From Amoebidium appalachense (Eukaryota > Protista > Ichthyosporea): DNA of 64,000 bases. Made by a program: the position numbers and the translations under genes. The notes beneath the pieces were generated by a model, which saw only the letters and a list, made by a program, of their open reading frames with translations, made no database searches and was not told the DNA's origin. The stretch covers positions 14,320,524-14,384,523 of the forward strand of contig CAVNZM010000004.1 in assembly GCA_963693365.1 (NCBI GenBank). The letters are read 5' to 3'. Position 1 is the stretch's first letter; the number at the start of each line of letters is the position of its first letter. Shown here in pieces: positions 12,553-37,693 of this stretch.

Positions 12553-13422
12553 AAAAGCGCGTGTATGCACGGGTCACTACTATTGCCGAATCGACGCCAG
12601 AGAGCAAAAAGGGGAGCAAAAGTTGCATTGACTGCGGTCGTGTCAAGCCCCCAACCCCACCCCCACCCCCACCCCCTCCTCTCCTCCCTTGTGCACATCC
12701 ACACCCTGGCCTCCGTTCCTGCCTCCTTTATCCCTACCCACACACCATGCATGTGCTAGTATCTCGGCCCACCCAGCTTGTGCATTCTCAGTGCCTGGCA
12801 GCATGCAACTGTCTGAGGACATGCCATGCGCCCTGTCCACTGGTAAACCCTTCGAGCATTGTGCACGTGCATGCATGCTAGTGCACGTGCATGCATATCA
12901 GTGCCAGTGCACGTGCAATCGTGCATGCATATTAGTGCACGTATAATCGTGCATGCATAATAGTGCCAGTGCACGTGCAATCGTGCATGCATATTAGTGC
13001 CAGTGCACGTGCAATCGTGCATGCATATTAGTGCCAGTGCACGTGCAATCGTGCATGCATATTAGTGCCAGTGCATGTGCAATCGTGCATGCATATTAGT
13101 GCACGTGCAATCGTGCACGCATATTAGTGCAAGTGCACGTGCAATCGTGCATGCATATTAGTGCCAGTGCACGTGCAATCGTGCATGTATATTAGTGCCA
13201 GTGCACGTGCAATCGTGCATGCATATTAGTGCACGTGCAGGCATGCCAGTGCACGTGCATGCACCCACCTCCTTGGCCGACTCCCCGTCTCCCCCCTCTA
13301 TGAAGATCTCAGCCATAGCCTCCAGTGCCCTTAGGTTGTCTGGCTCTTGCTCAAGTGCCTTGGCACAAAACCGGTGGGCCATCTCAAACTCAAACCGCTC
13401 GACATACTCTTCGACCTGGGGA

Positions 13423-13456
<34 letters not shown>

Positions 13457-14035
13457 GGGAGGGGGAGAGAGTGAGAGAAGGAGGAAGAGAGTGCAAGTGT
13501 GTGTGTGGACTGAATGATGAAAAGGAGGGAGAGAGACTGTTTGTGTGTATTTGTGTGTGTGTGTGTGTGTGTGTGCGTGTGTGCGTGCGTGTGTGTGTGT
13601 GTGTGTGTGTGTGGCCAGCGGGAAAGGGGGGGAGGAGCGTGAAAGATGGGGAGGGAGGGGGAGAGAGAGAGAGAGGAAGAGAGAGAGAGTGTGTGTGTGT
13701 TTGTGTGTGTGTGTTTGCGCGTGCGTAGGCGTGTGCGTGTGTATGTGTGTGTGTGCATGTGCATGAGGCAAGGAAAGGTACTGTGATTCTTCCTTGATTA
13801 TCTCTTGTTTTTCAATAGGTTTGTGTGCATGATCCATTTGTCTCCAGTCACTGAGCATATACACACGGGCGTCTGTCGGTAGAGCTGCACACTTGTGTGT
13901 CTCTGTATGTGCTTGTGTGTGTGTGCAAGCGCATGCTTCTGCGTGTGCGTGTTTGTGTATGTGTGCCTGCACGTGCGCGTGTGCGTGCGTGTGCGTGCGT
14001 GAACAAGAGCCTGTGTGTGTACCTGTGTCCGTGTG

Positions 14036-14123
<88 letters not shown>

Positions 14124-15063
14124 CGAGTTACATACCCTGTCTAGAAGCTCGTCTGCCGTGTATTTTTTGGCGGCACCTTTTTTGGCCCCTGGAGAGGCCT
14201 TGGTGCCAGACTTGACGTCTAACGGAGGACGTAACATTAGTCTATGCAGGATACTTGTGATTTACAAGAGTGAGATTTTATAGTTATGGTAGAACTGCAC
14301 AGTGTACAGGGTGTCCGGGAGGGGGGAAGGGGGGAAAGGGGAGAGGAAGAAGGGCAGGGGGATGCACAACATATTCTGCTCCCAAAGTCACTAGAGACCA
14401 AGTAAGGGTGTACTCACTTGCATGTTTTGCTTATTTGTGGGGCAAAATTGTCTCGCAATAACAAAAAAAAAAACGTATAGCGCCCATGTGTATTTAGCCG
14501 AAAGAGTGTGTGCATGCGTGCAGGACGCTCTACGTGCATGTGGGTGAGTGCACAGGAGTACGTGTGTTCGAGTATAAGCATGCACGAGCGCATGCGTGTT
14601 TGTGCGCTTGTGTACACCTGCGAGTGTGCAGGCATTAAACGCACGGTCTTTGCTGTGGATAGAGGGTAAGCAGGTGACATTTTAGGTGTGTGCATGGTGT
14701 ACACAGGTACATATAAAAGAATGCATTTGCAGCTCCCAAGGGCGTTCTCTAAGCAGACTGAAACATCTGCCGCTTGCCACTCACGTCAAGCAGATGTATT
14801 GCAACGTGGATCAAGGCCCAGGGCCACATACCACCTTCCCTTTCAGGTGCTCAGAGTGGAGTTCTCAAGCGAGGTACAAAGTTCAACCCCCCCTTCCTCT
14901 CCCCCTCCCCCCCCCCCCCTTCCCCCCCCCCCCCCGCCCCAAAAAAAAAAAAAAGACGTCCCTGTCCAAAGGTCACCACCGCACGTGAGTGCACACAAAC
15001 ACACCACATACGCACAAACACACACGTGCACGCACCTGGCCTCCTTCTCGACTTCTTCCCCAT
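8088..15063 (-). CDS. ACL4: TPR protein, assembly chaperone of ribosomal protein L4 (Acl4); ~10 exons (approx. 15063-15036, 14220-14137, 13416-13270, 12409-12256, 11860-11775, 11179-11106, 10620-10509, ~9930-9822, 8859-8737, 8262-8088)
   Basis: Spliced peptide: [142 protein letters not shown], then an acidic tail. EIYMTDLC, LPPYEFR and DD.V.VWYL.GW are Acl4 motifs. Confidence 0.85.
10312..10497. repeat. Intronic minisatellite, 39-bp unit (gcaaccatgcacatgcaccatgcacgtgcacacatacat), ~5 copies
   Basis: Visible array abutting an ACL4 donor. Confidence 0.9.
12860..13262. repeat. Intronic minisatellite, ~28-34 bp unit (gcacgtgcaatcgtgcatgcatattagt[gccagt]), ~10 copies
   Basis: Visible array abutting an ACL4 donor. 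Confidence 0.9.
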
Positions 15064-15510
15064 GTTGACAGCCACCTCTCTGCCTGTCTAGCCTGTCTGT
15101 GCGCCTTCTCTCCTGTAAAACCCAATATGCGCACATGCACATGCGGACTGGTCAGCGCCAATCTGATTGGTAGTAAGAGCATCAATGACGTCATAATGAC
15201 GTAAAACATGGAACTGTCGGCCCAACTTCGTTCAAGTTCAACGGAGTAGTTCAAGGTGTCCATTTGCAACAATACCAAAAGTCAGCCTTTACAAAACTTT
15301 TGCAAGTGCTACATACACACACAAACATACACAAAGAGATACAGGACAGTTGCAGGAAAGAGCGCCTGTGAAAGGCTAAACTAGGACAGTGAGACAGTAG
15401 CAAGTTCGTGTTCAGCTTATAAGTGTGCTGTGTGTGCCAGGTAGCTAAGGGCTAGACTACGGTTCTCAGTGTTATTACCGCCAAGGGGAGACACCAGACT
15501 ACACGACACC
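15064..15510. promoter_or_regulatory. Bidirectional promoter region ACL4/RRP43 with inverted CCAAT pair and CRE/ATF-like sites
   Basis: Only 447 bp separate the divergent ATGs. CCAAT 15158-15162 and ATTGG 15166-15170; TGACGTCA 15186-15193; TGACGTAA 15197-15204. Confidence 0.6.
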
Positions 15511-15844
15511 ATGCAGGCCGAGATATTCAGGTGGTAACCCACCTGCTTGCTGTGCTTGTCTGGTGCCTGCATGCTCTGTGTTGTGTGTGTGCTGGTGGCT
15601 GGCGGTTTCTGCTGAGGCAAGCGTGCTGAGTCCTGAACTGCTCGCACACTACACTTCAGGCAAAGCCACATTCGCATATGCACAAAAGCACACGCGCGCG
15701 CGCGCACTCGCGGCCGGCAACCCCGACCCGTCTCTCATCCTTCCTTTACGTCCGCCCTTGTCTTCCCCCTTTCCTCGTTCGCTTATTCTCCCTCTTTGAC
15801 TGTCTCCCTCCAACTTGCTCCCCCCCCCCCCCCCCTCGCCCCGC

Positions 15845-15927
<83 letters not shown>

Positions 15928-16260
15928 CCCCCCCCCCCCCCCTCCCCCCCCTTCCCCCCTCCCTCCTCATTCTTTGCATCTGTCTTTCCCTCGTCCCTCC
16001 CTACCCTTCCACTTTTCTTTCAACCCCTTTTATGAGTATGAGATTGGGCTATGCTTGTGTTGCACAGTCGCTTTTCATGTGCTTGGGTGACTATTGCTGT
16101 GTGTATGTGTGTGGTGTGCCGTGGTCTTTGGTAATAGGTGCACTCATCATATACAACCCCCATTCATACATACTTTTCTCTACATACCTCCCTCCCCCTC
16201 CCAACCCCAATCACACCACACACACGCACACACATACACATACACACACACATTCACACA

Positions 16261-16357
<97 letters not shown>

Positions 16358-17052
16358 GCACACACGCTCTTCCTCTCCCTCCTCCACTCAGCACCTCCGA
16401 TTTGTTTGCTCGAGGTCCCACCCCACTCGCCCCACGTTTAGCCGCCTTCCAACTACATAGTACTCTTATCCCCCCGTCTTCTCCCCCCCCCCTCCCCCAC
16501 CCGACCCTCCTGGGGGCACCTTCACTAGACGGCAGCCCCCTGCCATCCACTATCCTTTCACAGTATGGGCTCCTAATGACCCTATTTGTACTGACTCAAA
16601 GCTTGGGTCGGTCATAGAAAGGTTCAACCAACAGAGTTCTACCGTAAATTCTTGGTACGTATATGTTCTGTGTTCCTACGTGCCTGTACGTGGGTGTTAT
16701 TGAGGAAGAGATCCGGGGCTGTGGGGGGGGGGGGGGGGGGGGGGGTGAGGGGGGAAGCTGTGTTGAGAGAGGCGGGTTTGCTTTTTTTGGTTGAACGGTT
16801 GGGGAGATGGGATCAAGCCATGTCTTGTGACCACGTGCTTCGTGTGTTTGGGGTGTAGGTCCCCTTGAGGGTATGGCTGTTGTGGGTGCTGGAAGGGCAA
16901 CAGAGAGTCTAGGGATGAGGGGAAGCCGTGCGGTTCTGTGGGTGTGATGCGGTGGTTCACTAATCGGATTGCCTTGGATATATGAACGTACAGTAGGGGG
17001 GGACATGTTAAGGTATGGGTGTGGTGGGGTGTGAGTGCTTTCGTTCTTCCTC

Positions 17053-17083
<31 letters not shown>

Positions 17084-18227
17084 TTTTGTGGGGGGGGGGG
17101 GGGGGGGGGGGGGGGGGTAGCTGACACTGACTGGTGGGCAGGAACATGAGATCAGACCAGACGGCAGGGTCCCAGCAGACTGCAGGACCACAGCACTGGA
17201 CGTAGGTACTGACCCTACCATCCATCCCCCTCTCCTCCCGCCCTCCCCCCCCCTCCCCCCTCGGTACATTGGTTGTTCTCTACCCGATTTATCTTCCAAA
17301 CATCAACCCATTACAATGGCATCTCAGATTACCATAGGATGCACACACGGACACACGCACGCGTGTGTGTGCAGACACAGACACACAGGCACCAGCTCTC
17401 CACATACACTTGATCATATGCTGACATGCACACTTTCTGCCTTTGCCACAAGCCTGACCATCAGGTCTAGTAGAGGTCGTGCTTCCGTGTTCAGCAGTGC
17501 ATCAACCTCCCCCCCCCCCCCCTCTCCCCCCGCTCTCATCGAAGAACACATGTTTATCTTGGAGCACCCATATCCACCATACACACACATTTGCCCTTCA
17601 TTTTTTACCCATGGCTACCTGCACCATTCTTACCCCATATGTCGCTTCGGCACATATCCCCTATCCCTCCACCCTTGATGTGCAAGTTGACGGCTTTCCT
17701 CCTGTTGTGTTTTGGATTGTTTGTGTGTGCTGTTATGGCATGCATGCCCTTCATCCTTAACATTTTTAATGGTGTGCAGGGTCGATTGGCACGGCCTGGG
17801 GGTCAGCACTAGTGCGGCAGGGCAACACGGCCGTGCTGTGTGCCATCAATGCAGAGTATGCTGAGCCAAAGGAGGACTCCCCAACGGCCGGATTTGTAGG
17901 TAAGTATTGGCCAAACCCAGAGGTCTAACCACTAGTCGTCCAGCACAAACCTCACAGGCACACACACATCTTAGGTGTGTGTGCCCAACACATGCACACG
18001 ATGGGCTGTTATGTATTTTGTGTGTTGAGACAGTTAAAGAGAGAGGGCCGGGTAGGTGTGTCGGTAGCAGTTGGGATCGTGTCTGCAAAGGCACAAGGTG
18101 TGATGCATGCCGCCCCGTCCGGTTTTTTATAAGCAACAGGCAGAGGTGGGGTGTATGCCTACGCACATTTTTACACACACAACACTCTCACACCCATCCC
18201 TCTCTCTCCCCCCCCCTCCCCTCCCCC

Positions 18228-18269
<42 letters not shown>

Positions 18270-18387
18270 AGTACCTACAGTGCACATGTCTCCTCTGTGT
18301 TCCCCGGACATCCGAAGAGGCCCAGCCGGTGAGCGAGCGCACCAGTTGACTGTGTTTGTGACAAATATGGTGCAGAGGTCACTGCCC

Positions 18388-18418
<31 letters not shown>

Positions 18419-19142
18419 CCTCCTCCCTCCCCACTCACCGATACTCATGCCCTTACATGGAAAAAACAGCCCGAATCACGTATCCCCCTATCCCTCCCCC
18501 CCCCCCCCCCTCCCCCCTTTAGCACTAACCCCCTCCCCCCACTCCCCCGGGCAGCCCTTCGGTCACGTTCATGGGCATATTTTTGTGCTGTGGGGCCTGG
18601 GCTTTGAGTGTTGCAGCTGTCTTTTGGGCATGCGGTGTGGCAGGTTGGGGCATGTGCACCTCAATAGATGTGCCGTGTGTGTGGCTACCCATAGGGCTTG
18701 GCAATAGGCACTGTGATGGGTGGTGCTGTGGGTGGACTATTTTTCGGGTGGGCGGGTGGGCAGGGGGGAGGGGGGAGGGTGGGGTTGGACAGGGCAGTCG
18801 ATGACTGGCTGTGTGGTGGTGTGTACACTAAGGGTCTGACGGCCGATGCATTGGGGGCTGCAGGTGTGGGCTAGTGGACAGCACGCAGCTGTGTGTGTCT
18901 GCCGGGCGGGTGGTATGGGCCCTCTACTGCGACCTGACCGTGCTGGACAGTGACGGTGCCCTGGAGGATGTGTGCCTGCTGGCTCTCACTGCTGCACTTG
19001 CTAACCGTACATAGCCTTACCCCCCCCCCCCCCCCCCCCCCCCGGGCTCTGCTTATTATGCATACTCTTTATGTATGGCTTGCATTCTGCATCGTGTTAT
19101 CCGTTTGTTCTTGTGTACTTCGTACTTTTTGACGCATTCAAA

Positions 19143-19197
<55 letters not shown>

Positions 19198-19395
19198 AAT
19201 TCCCAGCCAGCAACCCGTCCGTGCACCCCTTCACCCGTTCACACAACCCACAGACTTGATCGAGTGTTTTGTTTGGTGGAGAGATGGGTTGGAGGAAAGG
19301 TGGATAAGGTTTCCTGTTATGTAGGTTTAGATACAGAAAAGTTGGATCGTTCGTGTTCGCGAAGGAGAATGAAGGGGGCCTGGGTGCGAGGGGGC

Positions 19396-19447
<52 letters not shown>

Positions 19448-19708
19448 ATGTGTGTGTGTGTTAGCGAGGGAGGGAGGGACGCTGCCCACGTACACGTGCA
19501 CTATGTCTGATGGCCACCCCCCCCCAGTGCGTCTACCCCGTGTGCAGGTAGACAGCGAGGACGAGGATGCCGTGCCTGTGCCCTCAGCAGACAGGCCCAC
19601 AGCACTCACAGTCAACGTGCCCTGTGCACTGTGCTTTGCGGTCTTTGACGGGTATGCGCCTGTGCTGCCATTTGCATTCCCGTCCTGCCCTGCAACCCCA
19701 ACCCGGAC

Positions 19709-19762
<54 letters not shown>

Positions 19763-20025
19763 CAACACACACACAGCAACACACACACAGCAACACACAC
19801 ACACACACACACACACACATTCACACAAACACACAAACACACAAACACACAAAAACACAAACACACCACACCCGTCTTTTTTTTCCAGTGGCACGTACGG
19901 TTACCCTATCTCTAAGCATTTCAGTGGATGGGTTGTGGCGGATCTATTGTTTGTCGATGATGTATGCCCTTTTGTGTGCTGAAGGGAAGGAGATTCGGGA
20001 TGAGTATGGGCGCTTTTTTTTTTTT

Positions 20026-20059
<34 letters not shown>

Positions 20060-20306
20060 CGCGCGCGTGCGCGTGTGTGTGCACGTGCGTGCACAACCGA
20101 TTTTTAGAGTGAAGCGATATGAGGTCTTGCATGAGAAGTATTGCATGCGCAGGGGAGGACGTTGAATGTGCAAAGACGAACGATGTCTTATGATTGGCTG
20201 ACTGGTATGGCTGACACAGGACCCACCACACGCCCACCCATGCCCACACACAGGCACATCCACGCATGCACACTCTCTCCGCGAGTATGCATACACACAC
20301 ACGCGT

Positions 20307-20345
<39 letters not shown>

Positions 20346-20555
20346 CAACACGTGCTTGCCGACCCAACAGACGAGGAGCAAAACGTGGGCAGTGCCTCGG
20401 TCACGGTGGTGGTTACATCGACCAATCAGCTTGCAGCAGTTACAAAGAATGGACCGACACCATTGGATGAGGCCAAACTCAGACACTGCATTTCATTGGC
20501 CAAACAGAGAGCAAAGCAAATCAAGAGGCTAGTTGCCGAGCACTCAAGCCAATAG
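15511..20555 (+). CDS. EXOSC8: Exosome complex component RRP43 (RNase PH-like); exons approx. 15511-15530, 16618-16654, 17142-17205, 17781-17899, 18271-18377, 18864-19006, 19528-19651, 20345-20555
   Basis: Spliced peptide: [28 protein letters not shown]..[23 protein letters not shown]..[24 protein letters not shown]..[23 protein letters not shown]..-VRLPRV..-LADPTDEEQ. This is typical Rrp43. Confidence 0.9.
19044..19195 (+). mobile_element. Solo/truncated copy of dispersed repeat family A (~100 bp + C-run + A-run) in an RRP43 intron
   Basis: Near-identical to 2336-2435 (gggctctgcttattatgcatactctttatgtatggcttgcattctgcatcgtgttatccg...cgcattcaaa). Confidence 0.8.
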
Positions 20556-20881
20556 TCTTGTGTCCTGTGGTAGGCGAGGTTTTACAGGTGTCCACCACGT
20601 ATCAAGTGAACAGTTGCTCATGCTAGTGTCGGTTCCGTTTTTCAGTCTGCAGCTGGTCTGCAGGGCATGCCGAGCCATGACATATATAGGCCACGTGGGG
20701 CTCATGGGCCCACTAAGTGCTATCAATAAACCTCGGCTATCAGCCCTAGAGGTTCTCGAGCCGCAGTGGGCTGTACCCAAGGCCACCTAATTGAACGTGT
20801 TATTGAGGAGTCCAGTTGCCTGTACCTTGTATGCCTGTATGCATCGTAACATATTGCTGTCTTTCGTGGTGTGCTATAGTA

Positions 20882-20932
<51 letters not shown>

Positions 20933-21244
20933 AAGAAAAAAGGAGAAAGGAATGACAGCCTGAATCCAACCCCTGTCGGCCGCTCGGCCCTCTGCTCTGC
21001 GCGCCCGGGGGTTTTGGCGCGATTTCTGTGAGCCACTCACTCTGAAAGGGGGCAAAAATATGCGTCCTTACACACAGTGACGATGTTCAAACTTGTATTC
21101 GAGTGCGACAGGCTGTAACCATAACACTTTTAGTAACCCATGTTCCATGATAGGCAGTAGAAAGTTCTTTGAGAGGTTTTGGTGAGCGGTAGGCAAGCAC
21201 GATCAGCGCTCAGACACACGAAATAGTGTCTGTAGGTTATCACA

Positions 21245-32634
<11,390 letters not shown>

Positions 32635-33011
32635 GTTAACTTAGTGAGGGGGTGGGGGGGAATGTTGTGGAACACTCGGGGCCCTTCTAGTGGCCACTGC
32701 ATGCATATGGATGAAGGTCGGTACCAATAGCCGGGTCTAATTGCGGCTAATCCCCCTGTGGTGTGATTGGTTCACTCTCGGCCATCCCCCATCAATCAAC
32801 CAATGACAATGAAGCATCGCTAACCATATGTGGTTGGCCTAGTAGCCCTGCTCCAGAGACAGAGACTACATGTATGACGTCACTCCTGAGCTGGCCTCAG
32901 TCAGTTTTAACACCAATTGAAGAGAAGGTCTTGCAGTAACCATGCGCCGCAGTTTGGCACCCCCCCCCCCCCCCAAAAAAAAAAAAAAAAAAAAAAGAAA
33001 AAAAACACGTG

Positions 33012-33087
<76 letters not shown>

Positions 33088-33364
33088 TCACACGTACTTA
33101 ATTCACGCGTACCTGCACACGTATATGTACCACTCAAGCACACGAGGTGCTTTGACCAGCGATGAGCACCCGACATATGCATTAACCTGCAAATGGCACT
33201 CACCCACCACCACACACACATACATTCCCCGCCACATAGTTACGCACACGAACACTGCACGGTGAGCACGATAACCTTGCCCCCAATAATTCATGATTTA
33301 GATATAATTGACCGTTGCGCGCGCGCATGTGTGTGTCGCGGTGTGTGTGTCTGTGTGTATGTGT

Positions 33365-33415
<51 letters not shown>

Positions 33416-33489
33416 ACAGTTGTGGTTGTGCTTAGAGGCGGTGTTTGTGTGCGCGCGTGTGCGGGGGGAGGAGGTGAGTTGGGCCGGGA

Positions 33490-33538
<49 letters not shown>

Positions 33539-33672
33539 CAGAAAATGTTTAGAGCCTATAATACACATTTGCCGCGGACAGCACAAAGCAACACAAAACA
33601 CAAAACAGGAAAGAAGACACAAAGAGTATACATCCAGCAGAAAAAGAGCACCAGCACGAAGAGGTGGAAAGT

Positions 33673-33718
<46 letters not shown>

Positions 33719-34108
33719 CTGTGGGTGATGGTGGTAGGGGCCGGGGGGGGGGGGGGGGGGGATAGATAGGCTGGCTAGATGTATACATCAGTGGCCAAAA
33801 CGGAAGCAATAAATAAATAAAATAAAATAAAAAATAATAAAGCGAATACAACCTTTGGTGGGTGGAAACTGGCCATGATCATCCAAACGCGCGGAGGGGG
33901 AAGAAGGAGGGGGGAAGGGGGGGGGGGGGGGGGGGGGTAGAGGGGGGGAGGGGAGGGGGGGGGGGGGGGGCTGGGGGAGGGGGACCCACACACCCCTTCG
34001 GCTCCCTTGGGAACTTGGGAAGGAGGGGGGAGGGGGGAAGGGTCCCCACCAGCTGACCAGGGGGGACGTCAATATTTGCTACTCCAGCCCCCCCCCCCCC
34101 CCCCCCCC

Positions 34109-34141
<33 letters not shown>

Positions 34142-34246
34142 TCAATTTCAAAACTCCCTACTAATATAATGGCGTTGCACGGGTCATATTGAATTTGATG
34201 TCCGGATTCGGGATAAGTATTTTTCTTTTTCTTTTTGCACGCGTTA

Positions 34247-34318
<72 letters not shown>

Positions 34319-34375
34319 GTGCGTGTGTGCGTGCGTGTGTGCGTGTGTGCAGGGGTGCGTGAGTGTGTGTGTCAC

Positions 34376-34444
<69 letters not shown>

Positions 34445-35005
34445 TGTGTAGCATTGTGTGTGTGACCTATCTCGCTTTCCACATGCACAATATTATATTG
34501 TATGGAAAGTACGCCACGGGACAGTGCACGTGTATTTTCCGATGATCACCGTTGGTGCCTATTCTTGTGTGTGTACTACCTCGTCTCTGCTACATGTCCC
34601 CTAGCTTTCACACTAAGTTGAATATGTATAGATAGTATGATTCTCATACATTATTCAAGTGCCCTATAATATAGCATGCACTACTAGGCTACTGACCAGT
34701 TCGCAAATAAGGGCAAGAAAAAAAGACATTTGTTTGTGGGGCCGACGGGGCCGCCGGGGTGGGGTGGGTGGGTGAGTGGGTGGGTGCCATAAAGTGTGTA
34801 AACCCCACTGGGTGGGTGGTGGTGGTGGTGGTGGTGGGGGTCGCCTTCATAAAGAGTGTAGGGAGATTATATTCGGAGCTGCCAGATCCGAATAAATAGC
34901 CGACGAGCACTGGTCAGGAGTCAGGACCCTCACTCACGGGTCACGGCCTACAGATTTTATGCTTTGTCACACACGGTAGTTTAATCATTGTTGAATTTGA
35001 TTACT

Positions 35006-35206
35006 ATGAAACTGTCTTTTGCTGGAAGTGTTTTGTTTATTATAGCCGGTAACATCTGCACGGTACTGTGTTCAGAAGGGGAAAATGGAATTCGAAAAAA
35101 GCCACATGGATCCATGTGGCTCGATGGGCAGCCAATCAGATACCACAATGGCATGAAATGGTCTAATCCCCCCAAACCCACTGTCAAAGGTAAACAAAGC
35201 AGTTGA
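35006..35206 (+). CDS. Candidate small secreted peptide (66 aa), unknown family
   Basis: MKLSFAGSVLFIIAGNICTVLCS has a signal-peptide pattern and is followed by a basic 43-aa tail. Intronless, in AT-rich context. Confidence 0.3.
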   Translation: MKLSFAGSVLFIIAGNICTVLCSEGENGIRKKPHGSMWLDGQPIRYHNGMKWSNPPKPTVKGKQSS

Positions 35207-36476
35207 CTGAGTTGACAAGTTCTTGGCTGGCCAAGTAGACTCCGTTACGATTATACTGAGACTTGTCCTATTGTATATTATATAACTGAAATATACCGGC
35301 TTATAACATATGCTTGATAAATTGTGTTTGTAGCAATAAACATAAGTTTTACGCTTCGTGATCACTGATCATATTCGAATCATAAATGCACGCGTGCATA
35401 TGCGCATGCATATGCCATACATGTTTATCGTCAAACCTAGCGGAGGGGAAATCTCACTTGTTTCCGACAAACAAGTACTTTACCCTAGATTTTTTCATAT
35501 CTCTTTTGTTTATTTTTATCGTAGGTATAGGCCCACAGCAGCAGCATGCGCAGCCCGCCCGCAAATAAACATGCACACATTAAATTTTGTCCTAAAAAAA
35601 GATTGATTTCCGTCGACCGAGGCATGCAATTTGCAAATTCCTGCAAGCTTGGCCGCAAACAAGTGGCATCATGAAAGCCCCATTTCATTGGATCACGTCG
35701 AATTAGGTCGACCAATGAGATACGATCATACAATTGGTGTAGTGATGGGGGAGTGATCTGATTGGTTGGCGGCACTCAAAACAGGGTTGCACCCTCGTTT
35801 CCCAAGCCCCCCCCCCCCCCCCCCCCCCCCCCCCGGCCCGCGCCCAAAAATTTCGAGGTGGGAAGGGGGGGGGGGGGGGGGGGGGGGGGGGGGATTTTTT
35901 TTTTTTTTTGTGGGGGGGGGGGGGGGGGGGGGGGGGGGGGAATCCGAGTCTGCAGTGTGCTTGCCATTAATTTACGGTGTCATTATTAATAAAACAGCTG
36001 CAGCATGTGAAAGTGACCTGCAATCACTTCTACACATTATTATTATGGTATTTTGACTACGTAATGATGTCATAGGTATTAAAAAGGCGAATGTCGCATG
36101 CATGGATGTATACGTAGTGTGTGCTTGACGTGTATGTGGTTGCGTGTGTGCATGTTCATGTGTGTGTGCCGTGTGTGTGCATTGAATGTGACAGCATACT
36201 CTACATACACCGTGACATTACAGTTAAACTGTAAGTAACATTACAATCATAAACTACCACTCTGACATGCTGAACATTACTGGAAGTTAAATGTTACAAC
36301 TAACACCTAACAAACTGATTCTTAAGTTACTGTATTGACTAAGTCTTGGCATCATGATGCCAAATCCCATACTAATCGAACCTACTAGACATGCCCTACG
36401 TTTGCCACCTGACCCCAAAGCAGCTGGCAGCCACAATAACAATTAGAAAAATAAAAAACTACGTGGAGGGATTGGC

Positions 36477-37644
36477 TCACTTCCACCTATTATCCGTGAC
36501 ACTAAAACTGAGCAGGCGGATGCCAAAAGCGGTGACCAGAGCATACAACATGGCCTTGCACCTACAGCATTGCATGTAAGTATGACACAGATGGGGAGGG
36601 ATTGCTAAAGTCAGTTGACAGACGCTACATTGTGCACTGGCTATCGTGCTCGGGTATGTGTGATAATAACTGGGGTGGAACGCTTGCGGATGGTGCGGGT
36701 GCTGGCTAGGGGGAATCACCCCAGACTGTTGGGTGCTTTGGAATTCATCCGCCGAATCGGTTGACGAACTGGTGGGATCATGCTCCTGAGGGGCAACACC
36801 TGTGTTGGTGCTTGCACGTGAAAGGCCGCTGGGCTTGGCCTTCTTTGACGGGGCAGTCTGTGAATTACTCTGTGACTTCAGCCCACGTTTCGTGTTTCGT
36901 GCTCTCTCGCTTGCTTTCTCCGTAACTGTCCTAGCAGCGGCTTCCTTAGCCCTCGCGATTTCCTCCCTCACCTCGGCGGCCACCTGACTACGCAAACGTC
37001 TTTCCTTCTCAATGTGTTCTATTTTTGACTTGATTTGTTTCAATGTTTTGGAAAGGATGGCATCCAGCCCCACACCCTCCTCGTTGCCCTCCAATGCTGC
37101 ATGGTAATGTGCAAATATGTCCTCCTCTGTTGCCGGCAACTTTTGTTCCGCAAGCGAAATAACAATACTTTCAATCAACGCGGTCTCCGCATCCGACCAT
37201 CTACCCGAACGTACCTCCTCGCCCACAGACACATAATACTCCAAACCATTCTGATCTGTGGTTCGTGTTTGCGTGAATCGTGCGCGCCGCCTTTGCGTTG
37301 GAACCGTGGCAGTGGCCTTGCCCCTGGTGGCTGTTGTGTTGGCCGTATGGGTGGTGTTGGACCCATCACCACTTCTCAGGGAAAGGTTCCCCCCTTCGCC
37401 GGATAAATGCAGCTGCATGGTAGACGGGCGACCTGGACGGTTTGGCTCTGGCCGCTGTCCATGACTGCATGTGTATGTGCGTTTGTGTGTGCGTGTGAAT
37501 GCGCGCGCACGTGTACACATGTGTGTTTGTGTGTGCGTGCGCACACGTGCTCTGTGGGTGCGTGCGTGCGTGGATTCGTGCACCTGTGCATCTATCCACA
37601 CACGTGTATGCATGGACCATGATGCGCGGATGCATTGTGTGTGT

Positions 37645-37693
<49 letters not shown>

